The notes under the pieces were generated by a model. It searched no databases. It was not told the origin of the DNA and saw only the letters and a program-made list of their open reading frames with translations. The position numbers and the translations under genes were made by a program. A stretch of 64,000 nt of DNA from contig OZ024746.1 of NCBI GenBank assembly GCA_964016885.1, positions 99,758,001 through 99,822,000 of the forward strand. The letters run 5' to 3'. The stretch comes from Eledone cirrhosa (taxonomy: Eukaryota). Position 1 is the stretch's first letter, and the number at the start of each line of letters is the position of its first letter. Shown one piece after another: positions 1-13,652 of the stretch.

Positions 1-79
1 TAAAGAGTTGTATGCTCATGCGCGGAGATGCTATAAAATAGCTTATAAAATATAGTACAGACCCCCATCCCTCTCTCTC

Positions 80-282
80 TTTTAGTCCTGTAACTCCTGA
101 TAGAGTCGTAGGGGTGCCGTATTGAAATACATCTTTTCTTGGGCGGAACCCATCCCTCTCCAGGCCTGAGTACAGCAGATTTCTTCCAGAGAAAGATAGA
201 AAGTGAGAGAGAGGAATCAGAAAGAGATACAGAGAAAGAATCTACCCCAGTAATTGACTGGTACTTTTTTATCGACCTCGAA
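80..282 (-). mobile_element. SINE family B fragment (3' part)
   Basis: Matches the copies at 15980-16335 and 19512-20280 (ccatccctctccaggc...cagcagatttc.tccagagaaagatagaaag...gactggtacttttttatcgacct). Confidence 0.7.
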
Positions 283-1169
283 AAACTCCTTTTTAATACC
301 CTCCTTTTCACAAACTTTCGCTCCCAAAGTACCAACAAGATTCCTTATAACTTTCTGGTTCAAGGTTAGGGATACACGCTTTTTTTCTTTATATTATTCC
401 TCTCCCTTGAACCTATAACGTAAAGTATAAGGCTGAAAAATACCTAACATCTGAAATATCAACGATGATTGCAGGATATCATAAGATGTGTTACGTTTTG
501 TATGATGGTTATTGTCACAATGTGTACTGTGTTACAGTAGCGACCCTACTTGTGTGACAGATATTACTAAAACATTAAAGACTACTTTAATCTGATATAA
601 TTTGTTTTTCTGGGCGTATATTATTATATTTGAAACCAAATTACAACCAGATTATATCACAATACTGAAGAAGACAGAATGATTATAAAGAAAATCAGTT
701 ACAGTTAATATATTCTCAACAAATTTGTACATAGAAACTTTCACAAGTAGGAGGAAGAGTTTATTAGCGTGAAATGGGGAAACTAATGAGAAAGAGTAAG
801 TCTTATATAAAATACAGAATGTATATAGATAGGAGGAAGAGGAGAGATGAATTAATTAGAATAGCTGGGGAATTAATTAGAATAGCTGGGGAATTAAAAG
901 GCTAGTTAGTTAACTGTGGGGAGTACTAGCAAGAAAGAGCGGTGTAAAAGCGTGAGGGTGCTTGGTTGTTTCAGCGCTTTAGCCTCGCCATCACATGTGT
1001 AATGCAACGAGCGTATTGGTTTGCCTAAAAAATATCCGTTGATCCTTGTGGTGTGCGGTCTATTGTCCCATTTCCTGGTGAATTTATTGTTGCTATTGTT
1101 TTTGTTTCTTCTTTTTTTCGCTCTTACTCTGATTATATATTTTGGTGTGTTATATTTGTGAGGTTCCTA

Positions 1170-1392
1170 GGGCGGTAGATTGGCAGTATTGGTAGAGGGT
1201 CGGACGCCATGCTTTGCAGCATAGAGTTACGGCCCTTTACGGTCTGAGTTCAAATCCCGCGGAGGTTAACTTTGCCTTTCATCTTTACGGGGTCGATAAA
1301 ATAAAATACCAGTAACGTACTGAGTTCGATTTAATCGACTTCCCCTTCCCCTAAAATTGCTGGCCTTGTGCCTATAGTAGAAATCATTATAT
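1170..1392 (+). mobile_element. tRNA-derived SINE family A, full length
   Basis: A-box-like TGGCAGTATTGG, B-box GAGTTCAAATCC, core gcctttcatc.ttacggggtcgataaaataaa.taccag, ATT-rich tail; about 12 copies in the window. Confidence 0.85.
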
Positions 1393-1781
1393 GTATTTGT
1401 GTTTATATATTTTTTTTAAAGAATTGCGAACAATTCATAATGTTATGGGGTGCAGCCCAAACCCCACCCCACCCTAAGACCACAGCTTATCACCCTCTCC
1501 CCTTCGCCCTCTCTTTCTTCTGTGGCCCCAAATTTCTTGCTTCTTCCCCTCTTTTCCTCTCATTTATGTCATTTATAGTCCTTTCCTCTACTTTCCTTTA
1601 TAGCCAGATCTGTCCTTCTTTACCCCTTCCTCCTTTTTTCTCATTATTTATTTTTGTTTTTATCTTTCTTTTTATTTATGTAATTATCAATGGGATTTAA
1701 GCCAACTTTGTGAGTTTAATCTGAATACAATTTCTGTTTTCCTCTTTGATACAAAAAAATTCATACAACTTTAAATAAAAA

Positions 1782-1976
1782 CTAAACCACCAGTGACCCA
1801 TGGGTCACGTTCACTTCAAAATATATTTTTTTAAAATCATGTTCACTTAAAAATAATTTTTAAATAATTAAAATATACACAGACATGTATATAATGGGAA
1901 ATGAAACTGGAAGGCCCATATATATACGTGTTTGTATGTATATATATATAAATGTGTGTTTGTATACATATATATA

Positions 1977-2007
<31 letters not shown>

Positions 2008-2405
2008 GGGTGTGTGATCTATATACACTGGTCATCGACACACACACATATATATATACACACACACATATATATACACACAAACTCATAGATATATACA
2101 CAACACCACCAGCTCTCTCTTCCTTCCTTCTCCGTCTCCTCTCCCTCTCTCTATGTCTCTCTTTCAATCTACTCTCTCACAACCACTATCTCTTTCTCTC
2201 TATCCTCTCTCTCTCTCTGTTTATGAAGGTACCCAGTGCTCCGATGTATGCGAAACTTGTTTTATTCCATTTGAATTCCCATTTCAGGGGCAACTTCCTT
2301 TCAAACTATTTTCCCATTATGCGTCCTTTTGACTGTATTACATTACAGACGAGCAGGCAAGCAAGCAAGTAAGCAAGCAATCACAGATTTTTAGTAATAT
2401 ATAGA
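1782..2405 (-). mobile_element. Non-autonomous Helitron-like element
   Basis: On the minus strand it starts A|TCTATATATT and ends with palindrome GTGACCCATGGGTCAC followed by ...TTAG|T; internal microsatellites; no TSD. Confidence 0.55.
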
Positions 2406-2591
2406 TATTATAAATAGGATGTGTACTGTTGAAATGTTGCTTACCTTTAGTCCTTATCTTTGCCACCCTTCAATTATCTCCCCACCCAATCAATATATAC
2501 CATGATACAACTAGTTGTGCTGAGCACATTACTAATTCAGAACAACTGCCACAGTATTTTCCAATGGAAGATTAAAACATCAATTTCCCAT

Positions 2592-2812
2592 TGGACTGGC
2601 AGAATCGTAGAGCGCCAGACACCATGCTTTGCAGCATAGAGTTATGGCCCCCTACGTTCTGAGTTCAAATCCTTTCAATCTTAACTTTGCCTTTCATCCT
2701 TACTGGGTCGATAAAATAAAACACCTGTAATGCACTGGGTCGATTTAATCGACTTTCCCCTGCCCTGAAAATTACTCGCCTTGTGCCTAAAGTAGAAACA
2801 ATTATATTATTA
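2592..2812 (+). mobile_element. SINE family A
   Basis: Homologous to 1170-1392. Confidence 0.8.
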
Positions 2813-2994
2813 AGCTAATTATTTGTGATGAATTTACCACCTTTGATATGTGTGCAGCCGTTTCGTAGGACTGTCATTGTCACACAGATGTGTGACAATG
2901 ACACTGGCGATGGTAGAAATCAACGTTGACAGTAACAACGTAATTGTTGTTGATATCTTTACAAGCCTCTCACATTTTTTTCAGACAGAAGAGG

Positions 2995-3305
2995 AATGAT
3001 TAATGAACACAACCACAAGGATTTGGTCCGAACGTGCAAGAGCCGAACTCCCACTGTCATCGCCACAATCTCTCTCGCCCTCCCCATCTCTTTGTATGGT
3101 GAGCAAATGGGGTCCCACGTGCTGGCCTCCCCACAGGCCGGGCGGACAGAATTGAGAATGCGTTTCCCCGGAGGATGATAAGGGAGATGCGCTGGAAGAG
3201 CCATTCCAACTCGCGAGGCTTACACCTGCGGCTGGGCAGCTCAGCGCCTATGATGGTGAGTAGGTAGGTAGCCCTAGGGCCAAGGACACCAGACGTCTCC
3301 ACTGC
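2995..3305 (-). mobile_element. 3' fragment of a CRE-like (RLE) non-LTR retrotransposon
   Basis: Translates ETSGVLGPRATYLLTIIGAEL...PRELEWLFQRISLIILRGNAFSIL, the typical C-terminus of CRE-clade RLE ORFs; 4 copies in the window. Confidence 0.7.
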
Positions 3306-3339
3306 TCTTGGCAGTGGAGACGTCTGGTGTCTGACTTCT

Positions 3340-3575
3340 TTCTTCTAAGCCCCTTAACTCCTAAGGGAGTCGTATTGACATTCGGCATTTCTATGGCATT
3401 TTAAAACCTGGCGGAGCCCATCTTCTCTCTCGGTTTGAATACAACAGATTTCTTCCAGAAAAGGATAGAGAGAGTGAGTGAGAGGAAGTGAAAAAGAGCT
3501 ATAAAGGCAGACTCGACCCCAGTACTTGACTGGTATTTTTTATCGACCTTGAATGGATGAAAGGCAAGTGGCTTA
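3340..3575 (-). mobile_element. SINE family B fragment
   Basis: Homologous to 15980-16335. Confidence 0.7.
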
Positions 3576-4735
3576 ATATCGTTGTTTATATTTTTCAATA
3601 TACTCCTTCTTGTGGTCCACACACTTCTTCCATCGGTGTTGCAGCGCTTGGATCACATCGGTGAAAAGGCTTTCATCTTGTTGGTAAAAAAAGTCATTAA
3701 CAGCAGATATGACGTCATCATCAGTGCAACACTGGTTGCCTGCCAAGTGTGTTTTCATGTAGGCGAACAAATGATAGCCAGATGGAGCCAAATCAGGAGA
3801 ATAGGGAAGGTGATCAACCACTTCGAAACCATAGTCAGGTTCAGCAACCATTGAAACCAAGGATTATGTGCTGGAGCGATTCTTGGTGAAACATGACCCC
3901 TTTCGTCAGTTTTCCTGGGCATTTTGTCTTGATAGCCTTTTGTATCTGCCTCAGAAAGTTGGCATAGTACTCTCTATTGATGGTGTGACCCTTTTGAAGA
4001 TAGTCAATAAACACAATGCTTTGTGCATCCCCAAGAACTGAGGCCATCACCTTGGCCGTAGATGAAATGACCTTGACTTTATTTGGAGCAGGTGAGGAGG
4101 GGTGTTTCCAATGCTTCGATTGTCTTTTTGTCTCTGGGCTCAAAGTGATGAACCCAACACACATCTTGGGTAAGAGATGTGATTTATGATTGTATAATTT
4201 CCCAAGAAACCATCACTTAACTATTTTCCACTCGCCCTCCCCATCTCTATGTATTGTGAGGAAATGAGGTCCCACGTGCTGGCCGCCCCACATCCCCGGC
4301 GGACAGAATGAAAAGGTGTTTCCCCAGAGGATGGTAAGGGAGATGCGCTGGAAGAGCCATTCCATCTCGCGAGGCTCACACATGCGGCTGGCCAGCTCAG
4401 CACCTATGGTGGTGAGTAGAGAGGTAGCCCTAGGGCCAAGCATGGACACCAGAAGTATCCACTGCCAAGGGCATGACAGTAAACCTTTGGGTTAGAAAAC
4501 GTTCGAGGAAACCAGCTGGATCTGCCTGGTTCGTTTTTGATGGTGACAGAAGACGTGACACCCACGTTCGACCTGCCAAGTTCATTGTGCAGAATATTCT
4601 CAACTCCTTCACTGGATATGCTAATAGGATTGGCCATTTGATTTCTAATCAATCGCCTGTCAACCAACACCGAGTGGTGAAACGATCAAGGTACTCATCG
4701 GTGGTGACAGTTGCTGGACGTCCAGACCTTGTTTG
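3573..4735 (-). pseudogene. Decayed Tc1/mariner transposase, interrupted by a CRE fragment
   Basis: Frameshifted segments GRPATVT..., PETKRQSKHWKHPSSPAP..KVMASV..IVFIDYLQKGHTIN.EYY, and HLPYSPDLAPSGYHLF...HRWKKCVD (mariner YSPDLAP motif). Confidence 0.9.
4220..4470 (-). mobile_element. CRE-like 3' fragment nested in mariner
   Basis: LGPRATSLLTTIGAELASRMCEPREMEWLFQRISLTILWGN; homologous to 2995-3305. Confidence 0.7.
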
Positions 4736-4993
4736 TGTCTCATATTTTTATACTGATGTTGTTGTTGTTGTTATTATTGTTATTATTGTTATTATTGTTA
4801 TTGTTGTTGTTATTGTCGTTGATGTTATTGATAATGTTGTTGTTGTTTACTTCTACTTTCTTTTTCTTTTTTCTTTGAGGCGGTGGAGGTGTGAGGATAG
4901 ATAAGAAATCAGAGAGAGGGAAAGACAGAAAGAATAAAAAAGACAGAATAAAACAGAAATATAGATAGATAGGCTATAGGTAGATAGATAGAA

Positions 4994-5029
<36 letters not shown>

Positions 5030-5034
<5 letters not shown>

Positions 5035-5241
5035 CATAAGAGATATTCAATTTGTTGGTAATTCAACAAATACAAATGTTTATAACTGATTCAGAGCACT
5101 CGACAAGTTTTCTGGAGTATAATATTCAATGATATTAAATAAATGGAAACTATATTTATAAAACCAAAATTTTGGTACCCTTGAAATATATATAATAGAA
5201 TAAATATGGTTTTATAAATATACTTTCCATTTATTTAATAT

Positions 5242-5250
<9 letters not shown>
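5030..5250. mobile_element. PLE-type pLTR remnant (hammerhead family H1) with fold-back, between (TA)n tracts
   Basis: Homologous to 50820-50950, 57720-57960 and 60105-60310; 5126-5166 is inverted at ~5208-5247. Confidence 0.65.
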
Positions 5251-5289
<39 letters not shown>

Positions 5290-5291
<2 letters not shown>

Positions 5292-5372
5292 ATAATAATA
5301 AATTTGAAGACTAAAATCCAAAGAGGGCTCGATAAGCATAAATATATATCAAATATATAAGAACCGTAGAGC
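5290..5372 (-). mobile_element. 3' terminal fragment of the PLE family at 27.5/39.4 kb
   Basis: Reverse complement of 42065-42150. Confidence 0.75.
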
Positions 5373-5452
5373 AAATATATATATAAGTTTATCCCGGGTT
5401 CAATCGGGGGTAACCACAGTAAGTAAGGTACTCAATACATAGCAGAATATAG

Positions 5453-5583
5453 ATATTTAATATAGAAATGGTTTCTACAGAACTAGAACTGTTTCATTCG
5501 GACGAAATCATCAGGAAAGCCCTGATGAATTCCTCCGAATGAAACAGTTCTAGTCCTTTAGAAGCTATTTCTATATTAAATAT
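5453..5583. ncRNA. Fold-back carrying two back-to-back hammerhead-like cores
   Basis: Plus strand: CTGATGA-ATTC-CTCC-GAAT-GAAA-CAGTTCTA-GTC (5522-5555); minus strand: CTGATGA-TTTC-GTCC-GAAT-GAAA (from 5514). The 5' strand of stem I is truncated. Confidence 0.55.
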
Positions 5584-5603
5584 ATATATATATATATATA
5601 TTT

Positions 5604-5650
<47 letters not shown>

Positions 5651-5892
5651 TTTTTATTTATTTGCCACCAGGGCATCAAAGATTGGGACAAATACATGGG
5701 AGGGGGAGTTTACATACATTTCAAGGGACGTATAAAAACATATAACAAATCAAATTCAACAATCGAAGTCCTCAATAGGGAGGGGACGTTGACGTGGGTG
5801 GCACACACCCCCGAAAGAAATGTGCAACCCTCCTCCTCAGGAGCACTAAGAGCGGGTGCTCCCTTCCTCTCCTCCTTCTTCTCCTCTCTCAC

Positions 5893-8800
5893 CTACAGGC
5901 TGATATAGAGAGAGGGCCCATTCCCTCGGGCCATTCTCACCACTTTCACCCACCTTTCATAAAACTTGCTGGGGTAGAGCACCTCTCTCTCCATTTTCAT
6001 CCTTCTTCTAAAATGGTACTTGAAAAAAAGGACCAGTTGTTGGCCGGAGTGAAAAGTGTCTGACCTCAGCCCTTTCAACCTTGTCCACCATACAACCTCT
6101 TTCGCCATAGCTATCACACAGATGAAAACCGCCTCTCCTTCGTTTTTGAAGGGGGGAGGCTGTTTGATCGTGACAATGTACTCGGTGGTCAACCGGATTG
6201 GTCCCACCCGCCACAGTGGTCGTTCCACATAGCCCCACAGGTCAGCAACGCCCGAGCAGTGTACGAATGCGTGCGCGACGGTTTCCTCGTCACACACGCA
6301 TCTCGGACAGATCTTCTTCGAGGGTTCCCTACCCGAGCGCCCGTGTCTGTAGAGCTTGTCCCGAACGGGTAGAGCTACTCAGTAGCACTGCCAAGCCAGG
6401 GACTTTTGGAAGTTGTCCATCGATCCCGGGCCAAACGTCCTACCGAACAGACTGGCTAGCTCGTCTTCCTCCATGCACAGAGCCTCTCCGAGAGCGTCGT
6501 CGCACTTGCTGCACACCAACCCTCTATAGAATGTTGAGGTTGAGTCTCCACTGATTGCCGGATCCGCTTGCCAGAGGGCCGTGAGCGCCTGGGCACATTC
6601 AATGTGCCAGTCGCCCACTTTTTTCGGTCTTTGCTTGACCCAGGATTGCAGCTCGGTGAGTGAGACGAGTCTCGGAAAGGCTCGCCTCACAAAAGGGGCC
6701 CACACCGGCTGACCGGTGAGGAATACCTGGAGGTGCCGTAGCCTTAATGCATGTCTACGCATCGTCAACCACGGCATCCCCAGCCCTCTGTTCTAAGGGT
6801 GTTGACAGCAGATGGATCTTCTCACCAAAGGGGCACGCTTCTTCCAAAGGAATCGGAAGTGCGCGCGCTCCATTTTGGCGAGCGTTTTCGCTGGGCAAGG
6901 CACAACGGTGAAGCGGTAGTAGATGACGGACGCTATATAAGTGTTCGCCACCTCCGCTCGACCTTTCAGGGATAGTTTGCACTCGGTCCACTTCTGGGCC
7001 AGTGCAAACACCCGTCGGGGGGCATCGGTTTGCCTCTCCACGTTCCGAGTTGCAAACCAACGGACTTGTCCCGGTTCAGCTTGGCTCCTGTAAACCTTTC
7101 GTATTCCTCCAGTAAGGTGACGATCTGCCCAATTTCCGAGGCGCACGGCACCATTACTGTCACATCGTCGGTGTAGGCCGACACCGCTTCCGCAATCCCG
7201 GTTCCAACGGGATTCCCTGCAACAGCTCCAACTTCCACAGTAGTGACTCGAGAGCCAGCACATACAGAAGGGAGGAGAGAGGGCATCCCTGTCGGATGAA
7301 TCGCGCGATTTGGAACGGCTCTGAGAGCTAGCCATTCACCTTGACCCCTCGAACAGGTGTTGCTGCTGTGCATTGGAGCAATCCAGCCCCTGAAAACGGG
7401 TCCGAAGCCTGCCGCCGCGAGCACCGCATCCAGGTACCGATGATCGACCCTATCGAACGCCTTAGATTGATCCAAGTTGATCTGCGCTTCTCCCATCAGG
7501 TTCCCGACGACAAGCACCAACCTCTTCGCTAACACCTTGGCCAAAATCTTTAACTCTGTGTTTAGAAGAGTTATGGGCCTGAAGTTATCTATGTCACCCC
7601 CCCCCCCCCCCTTGTTGTTCTCGTCCTTCCTCACCAGCGTGACTACGCCCTTGGTCACAGAACTGGGAATTCTCCCGTTCTGTTGCCAGTTGCAGTAGAC
7701 CGCCTCGAGGAGATCGGAGAACAAATCCGGCATCGCTACATAAAGTTCGTATGGTAGACCATCGAGACCGGGAGATTTGCGTTTGCCGCATTGACTCAAC
7801 GCTTCCCCTATTTCAGCGGCTGAAATCGGCCTTTCGCAGGACTTCGCCTCCCCGTCCGAGAACCGCGGCAGACCGTCGAGGTATGGACCGAAATCCATGG
7901 CCTCACCCGGCCCGCCGCCCCTCCCGAACAGTCGTGCAAAGCGCCGTTGAAAGGCCGCGCACATCCGCTCAGGTTCAAGGAACACGCGTCCATCCATTTT
8001 TTGCCTCTGTCACTCGGGCCCAGCTAACAGCTTTGGCTCCCTCGTTACCCAGAGCACGTATTTTACTCCTGACAACACAGCCCTCATGCTTCGCGTCAAA
8101 GAACTGGTCTAGGGCCGTTCTTGACGCCAGCACGCCGGCTACGTTTCCCCTCCTAATCGCCTCTTCTACTCTATCTATCAATTCCCTTTCAGTTCTATTC
8201 CTATCTGACTAAAACCTATCGATTCTATTCTTATTTCTCTCTTGAGAGATCCCCACCACCTGCTGTTGACAATTTCCCTCGTCAACCGCTGCTTAACTAG
8301 AGTGCTAATCCGCTTACTGTAAACTTTGTTTATCGGTAAGGACAAGTTTAGCTTCCAGTAACCGGGTCCTTGTCTATGGGTTCTATCAAGGTTGACCACT
8401 CCGGTCACCAACTTGTGATCCGAATAGTCAACCATGAACATTCGTGGACAGCTTAATATGTCCCTATCCTTATTTCTAACTAGGAACCTATCTAGGTACG
8501 ACCTAGATGTTCCGCTGCGATTAGTCCGTCTACAGTGGCACAGTCGGAAAATCTAGTCGATATCTATCGGCCAGATCAAATCGGCCGATTAACCGTTTGA
8601 GGCTGTTACACCCCCCTCTATCGGGACATGCCCCTACATAGTCCCAACGTGCATCCAGGATACCATTCCAGTCCCCCACTAAAAGCAAGGAGCGAGACGT
8701 TCCCAGAAAATCTCTAGGCGTCGGAAGATCCGGTCGCGGTGTCCCAGATGGGGCATACGCTGCCACCAGCCTGAAGGCTCCACCTTCACTACTGCCTACG

Positions 8801-9060
8801 TCTAGAACCACCAGTCGACCCTCCGGGTCCAGGTGTACCTTCCGTGTTGCGAGGCCCAGGTGTTTTCGCAGCAGAACGACCACCCCTCCCCCACCCCCCA
8901 GCTGACAGAGAGATGCATAGATCTCAAAGTCGTCGAAGATGGGGGTTAGTTGGTGCTCGCTGCTGATCCTGGACTCGTAAATAGCCATCACATCCATTCT
9001 GTGGTCATTTACGGGTTTGCCCTGCTTCCAGGGCATCCCCATTCAACTCTTCTAACAGCC
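5893..9060 (-). pseudogene. Tx1-like ORF2 (APE endonuclease, reverse transcriptase, zinc finger), frameshifted
   Basis: Motifs YESR, GGGVVVLL, AYAP, VGDWN, SDHKLV, GPGYWKLN, KSPGLDGLPYELY, NFRPITLLNTELKILAKVLAKRL, DQSKAFDRVDH, AYTDDV and C..C.EETVAHAFVHC, spread over several frames. Confidence 0.9.
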
Positions 9061-9069
9061 ATGCTGGTG

Positions 9070-10989
9070 GTGAAGAGTTTAGAGTGGAGAAAAAGGAAAA
9101 GACACCTGCCTGTCCTTCTCCTGGGGACCAGGCTGCACAATTTCCATGGGAGTGTCGGCGGGGTTGTTTGGTGGGGTGGTGGTTTGGGATGTGGTGGGGA
9201 CATCAGTGTGTGGTGGGGTGGGGGTTGTGGGGGTGGAAACATTTCAGGAGGACGCGGTTGCTGGTCTAGTGCAGGGGTTCCCCACGTCCTCGGGAAAGTT
9301 CTGTTTGAGCATTGCGTAGGTGTCCCTTGGGACCCTAATCATTTTTAAATGCGGTTTAGTCTCCGTGTTGGTGAAAATAGACAAAGACCCTTCGGTTTCC
9401 ACCGAAGGGTCTTTGTCTATTGTTTGCACAGGTGTTTTGTTGTTTGTGTTGATGTATGTATACTGTTTTTGTTGTGTTGCGTTTGTTTTTGCTTGTTGTT
9501 CTTGTGTGTGTTTGCGTTTTGTAGTATGTGTTATGTTTTCGGGAGGGGTGGGTTTTTTTGTTTGTGATGTTTGTTCTGTTTGTGCTGGTGGCTGTGTGTT
9601 TGTTGCATTTTTGTTAATGTGGTGCCTTCTTTTCTTTCTTTTTACAGGTTGAAATGGTTCTCCCTCGTCGTCACTGGGTGACGTTGATAAGGGGTCCTTG
9701 TCCGTGTTGTTAGAGAGGGGGTATATTTTGGGGTTTTGTTGTGGTTGCTTTTGTATTTGTTTTAGGTGGGGAGGGGTTGGGTGGGACAGTGTCTTGTGTT
9801 GTTATTTTGTCGTGTTGTTGTTGTGGTGGTGGTGGTGGTTGTGTTGTTGTGTGTGGGGTGGGCAGAAGCGTCTTTTTTTGTTGGGGGGGGGGGCATTTAA
9901 AAGGGGACAGGAAGCCCTCGGGTGACCACTTCTTGGACAGTGGTAGCATGAAGGTCGCCTGCCCTCAACAGAAATGTTTATGAAGGCGACTCCATCCAGG
10001 GACACACGCTGCGGTATTCTTGCTATCCGTTCTGGTCTCATTTGGACCAGAACTTCAAGGCTATTGCCGCCGAATACGCCCTCGGTGGATTCGCCTATCG
10101 AAAGGATTGTGCCCTCATCTTCTAAGTATCCCGTTAGCACCCACCAACTGCTCGCATTTGGCCTGATGCCCGAAATTCTTATCTTTTGAGTTCTTTTCCC
10201 CAAATATGTGGGGAAACAGTTGTATGCTTTAGATACAATTGGCGACACAGAATATTTCCGTGCCGCCAATTCATCTTGCATTAAAACAGATATGCTTCCA
10301 TACAGTTTCCCTTTGTGTATGAAAGCGATATCCTTCCAGGCACTACTTAGGACCAGCTCAATTTCGCTTTGCGACACTTGAGCCGTTTTCCTAGTCGTGT
10401 TCGAAACTGTTCTAAAGTTTACAGTCCTGAGGACTGTGTCCCTTCTAATTTCTTCAGGGGAGGTATTTGTGAATTCCTCACCTTCCCCGAAAGTTACACA
10501 ATTCCTTGATTCTTTCAGCAATATCTTGGCATTCGAGATGTCCAGTGCCGTGTATGTCTGCGTTTCTCAGACCGCCTGTGCGAAGGAGACTGCAGCTGTG
10601 GGTCCGTTTTCTTTCGTGTTCTTATCATTGTTGTTGTTGTTATTCGTGTTGGCTTGCTTTTTTCCTTTGTTGGTGTTGTCATTATTGCTGTTGTTGGTTG
10701 TGTTATTATTGTCATTGTTGCTGTTGTTGGTTGTGTTGTTATTGTCATTGTTGTTGTTGTTGGTTGTGTTGTTATTGTCATTGATGTTCTTGTTTGTGTA
10801 ATTGTTACTTTTGCGGTTTTCACCCATTTCCACAATTTTTTCTTTTGATTCCGTGGTGTCTTTTGCGGGAGTGAGGAGGGAAGGCTTACAGCGTTGTGCT
10901 GCTACCTTCTCTCTATCACTTTCCTTGGGGGGCGTGGCATGCGTCGTATTAATGGCGTCCATTGTCACTAAACGACTTTTTATCGACAA
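9070..10989 (-). pseudogene. Tx1-like ORF1 (gag-like; Asn-rich tract, zinc knuckle)
   Basis: SFAQAV motif and CYHCPRSGHPRASC (CX2CX4HX4C); low-complexity N/T/P linkers; contains stops and frameshifts. Confidence 0.75.
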
Positions 10990-11191
10990 CTTATAACTAT
11001 TAAATTTCGCCCCAAAAAGGGGCGAAAATTATTTTACCCAACATCTGTAGGCCCAGGCGAGGGGTTAAACACGACAAATAAGAAGTTACTTAAACAGACC
11101 TACCGCTTCTCGTAATAAATTCTGACAAAATGCAGGAGCGAAACAAAAACACGTCTATCTTCTCCGAGATAGATCGATAGATAGATAGATA

Positions 11192-11362
11192 TGTTTCTTT
11201 TATTTGCCACTAGGGCATCAAAAGTGGGACAAGTACAAAGGGGGGAGTTTACACAAAAAGGCGTCCTCAATAAGGAGGAGGCAATAACAAAATATAAAAA
11301 TAAAATAAGATATAACAAAAAATAAAATTTATAACAAAATCCTCAATAGAGAGGAGGCGCCT

Positions 11363-11440
<78 letters not shown>

Positions 11441-11565
11441 TATTTCTTTATTAGCCACAGGGGCACAAAAGAAGGGGACAAATACAAAGGGGGAAGTTTA
11501 CATACAATAAAAACGTGTAAAATGTTATCACAGATGGAATTTAAAAGTTAGTCGATTTTCCCCAA
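11192..11565 (-). mobile_element. Two additional 5'-truncated 3' ends of the Tx1-like family, separated by (GATA)n
   Basis: 11192-11362 and 11441-~11565 repeat the ttatt.gccac..gggca.caaa..gggacaa.taca..ggggg.agtttaca block of 5650-5720. Confidence 0.75.
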
Positions 11566-11759
11566 TAGATAGATAGATAGATAGATAGACAGATGGACAG
11601 ATAGATAGAGAAAAAAAGAAAGAAAGCTAGAAAGAAATGGCGGCAAAATAAAAGAGAAGCAAAGAAAGACGGTAATAAAAATGTGCAGCAATTTTACTAT
11701 CAAGATTAGCTGATACTGAGTTAAGACTCTAGGCAACGTTGTGAGACTCACAGACAGAC

Positions 11760-12010
<251 letters not shown>

Positions 12011-12348
12011 GATATTAAATAAATGTAAACTATATTTATAAAACCATATTTATTTCATTATATATATTTCATGGATATCATATTAACCCAACAATTTAAA
12101 TAAAACTTTGCATATATATATATATATATATATTCAGGTTTGAGGTTCACCACTGTATAGAGCTGGTCTATTCCGTATGGTCAATCGTAATGCAATAATA
12201 TAGAGAGTACTGACCGGTAGTAGCATACTATAAAATTTAGCCACGTCACTCCAGGGCGACCGGCTGAGGTTGAAGGAACAGAATAGCGGTCGCCCTCGGG
12301 TCTCGATTTTCAGCCCTATGGATTTTACTTATTACATTCACGTATTAT

Positions 12349-12402
12349 ATTTCGAATACCTGATGATATCACCGGATTCATACGGAACCCGGTCATTGAA
12401 AT
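12349..12402 (+). ncRNA. Degenerate hammerhead-like motif in a PLE-type remnant
   Basis: tttcgaat..CTGATGA tat...ata c GGAA cccgGTC attgaaa; stem I pairs loosely, but GAAA is altered. Confidence 0.35.
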
Positions 12403-12611
12403 GATCATAGTATAATAAACCTTTCAAGGATTTACACAAATCCAGCCTCCTGTCATTTCATTATAATATATATATATATATATAGTTTTAATATAGATGA
12501 GATTCTACAGGACTAGAACTGTTTCATTCTTTATTAAAACTTTTATACTCTGCAATGTATTGAGTACCTTACTTACTGTGGTTACCTCCGATTCAACCCG
12601 GAATAACGTAC

Positions 12612-12716
<105 letters not shown>

Positions 12717-12798
12717 TATATGCGTTTTGCAACGGGTCACTTTGTGGCTCAGTGAAGAGTTAATAAATTAAATAATCAGAGCCATATATCATAAAACA

Positions 12799-12845
<47 letters not shown>

Positions 12846-12883
12846 TTGTATATATATATATATATATATATAATGTATGTGCT

Positions 12884-12932
<49 letters not shown>

Positions 12933-13047
12933 AGAGAGATAGAGAGCGAGAGAGACAGAGAAACAGATTCATTTATCTACGCATGTGTGTGTCTATATTT
13001 ACATATATACATATACACATACATACATATATACATAGATACATACA

Positions 13048-13652
13048 TGATGGCTGCCCCCTCGTTATCGAGTATGGCCATTGCACGATATACCATTATT
13101 AATAATTATCAATTAATGCTATCGTGCAATGCCTGTGCATGAAGATATTTTTTTAAATGAGGAAAGACTGTGCACTGAGCCAATCCCACTCTCTGAGCGA
13201 CAGTAGCTATAACCCGAAAAGAAGAAAAGATCAACATCATCGGTAACTACTGAGCTGCATGTTTAATGTCGGAGTCATCCCAGTTTCCTGAGTTGCCTTC
13301 TCCTAGAAGGCTAGGGGTCCTTCACTCCCAGTGGTTTAACCGCGCGATCAGGTGTCCAGCCCGACTATTTTTATGACCCCGCGCATCTACATACACATGC
13401 ACCCATGTATATACACATATACATATACATACATATGTACATGTGTATATACATATTTACACTTTTGGATGCCGTTGACTCTTATGAGTTCTTCCGCCCT
13501 CTGTCAGGTTTTTTTTGTCCTGCACGGTGTCCAAAATCACCCTCCTCACCAAGTAAACTTGGTGGGGTTGCCGGTTTAGTTGCTGACGATCTGACCATGC
13601 GACAGGTTGTACTGCGTTACATGTTACCAGTAGCACTCAAGAGTGACCCGAC
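13048..13652 (-). mobile_element. Non-autonomous RTE-related short element
   Basis: Its 3' hairpin (atggccatactcgataacgag..gcagccatc) plus (ATGT)n tail resembles the RTE 3' end at 43424; its 5' block is shared with 37110-37205. Confidence 0.5.

Larger units (their letters stand above)
5650..11168 (-). mobile_element. Full-length but decayed Tx1/L1-group non-LTR retrotransposon
   Basis: ORF1 with CCHC knuckle, then APE, RT and C-terminal CCHC; A-rich 3' end abuts (TC)n and the 5' end abuts (TCTA)n. Confidence 0.9.

Noticed and set aside
1170-1265. tRNA gene
   Set aside because: A/B boxes are present, but there is no clean cloverleaf and the sequence always continues into a SINE core and tail.
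11003-11030. Bacterial-type terminator hairpin TTTCGCCCC-AAAAA-GGGGCGAAA
   Set aside because: Eukaryotic context; it lies in the Tx1 5' UTR, and no function can be supported.
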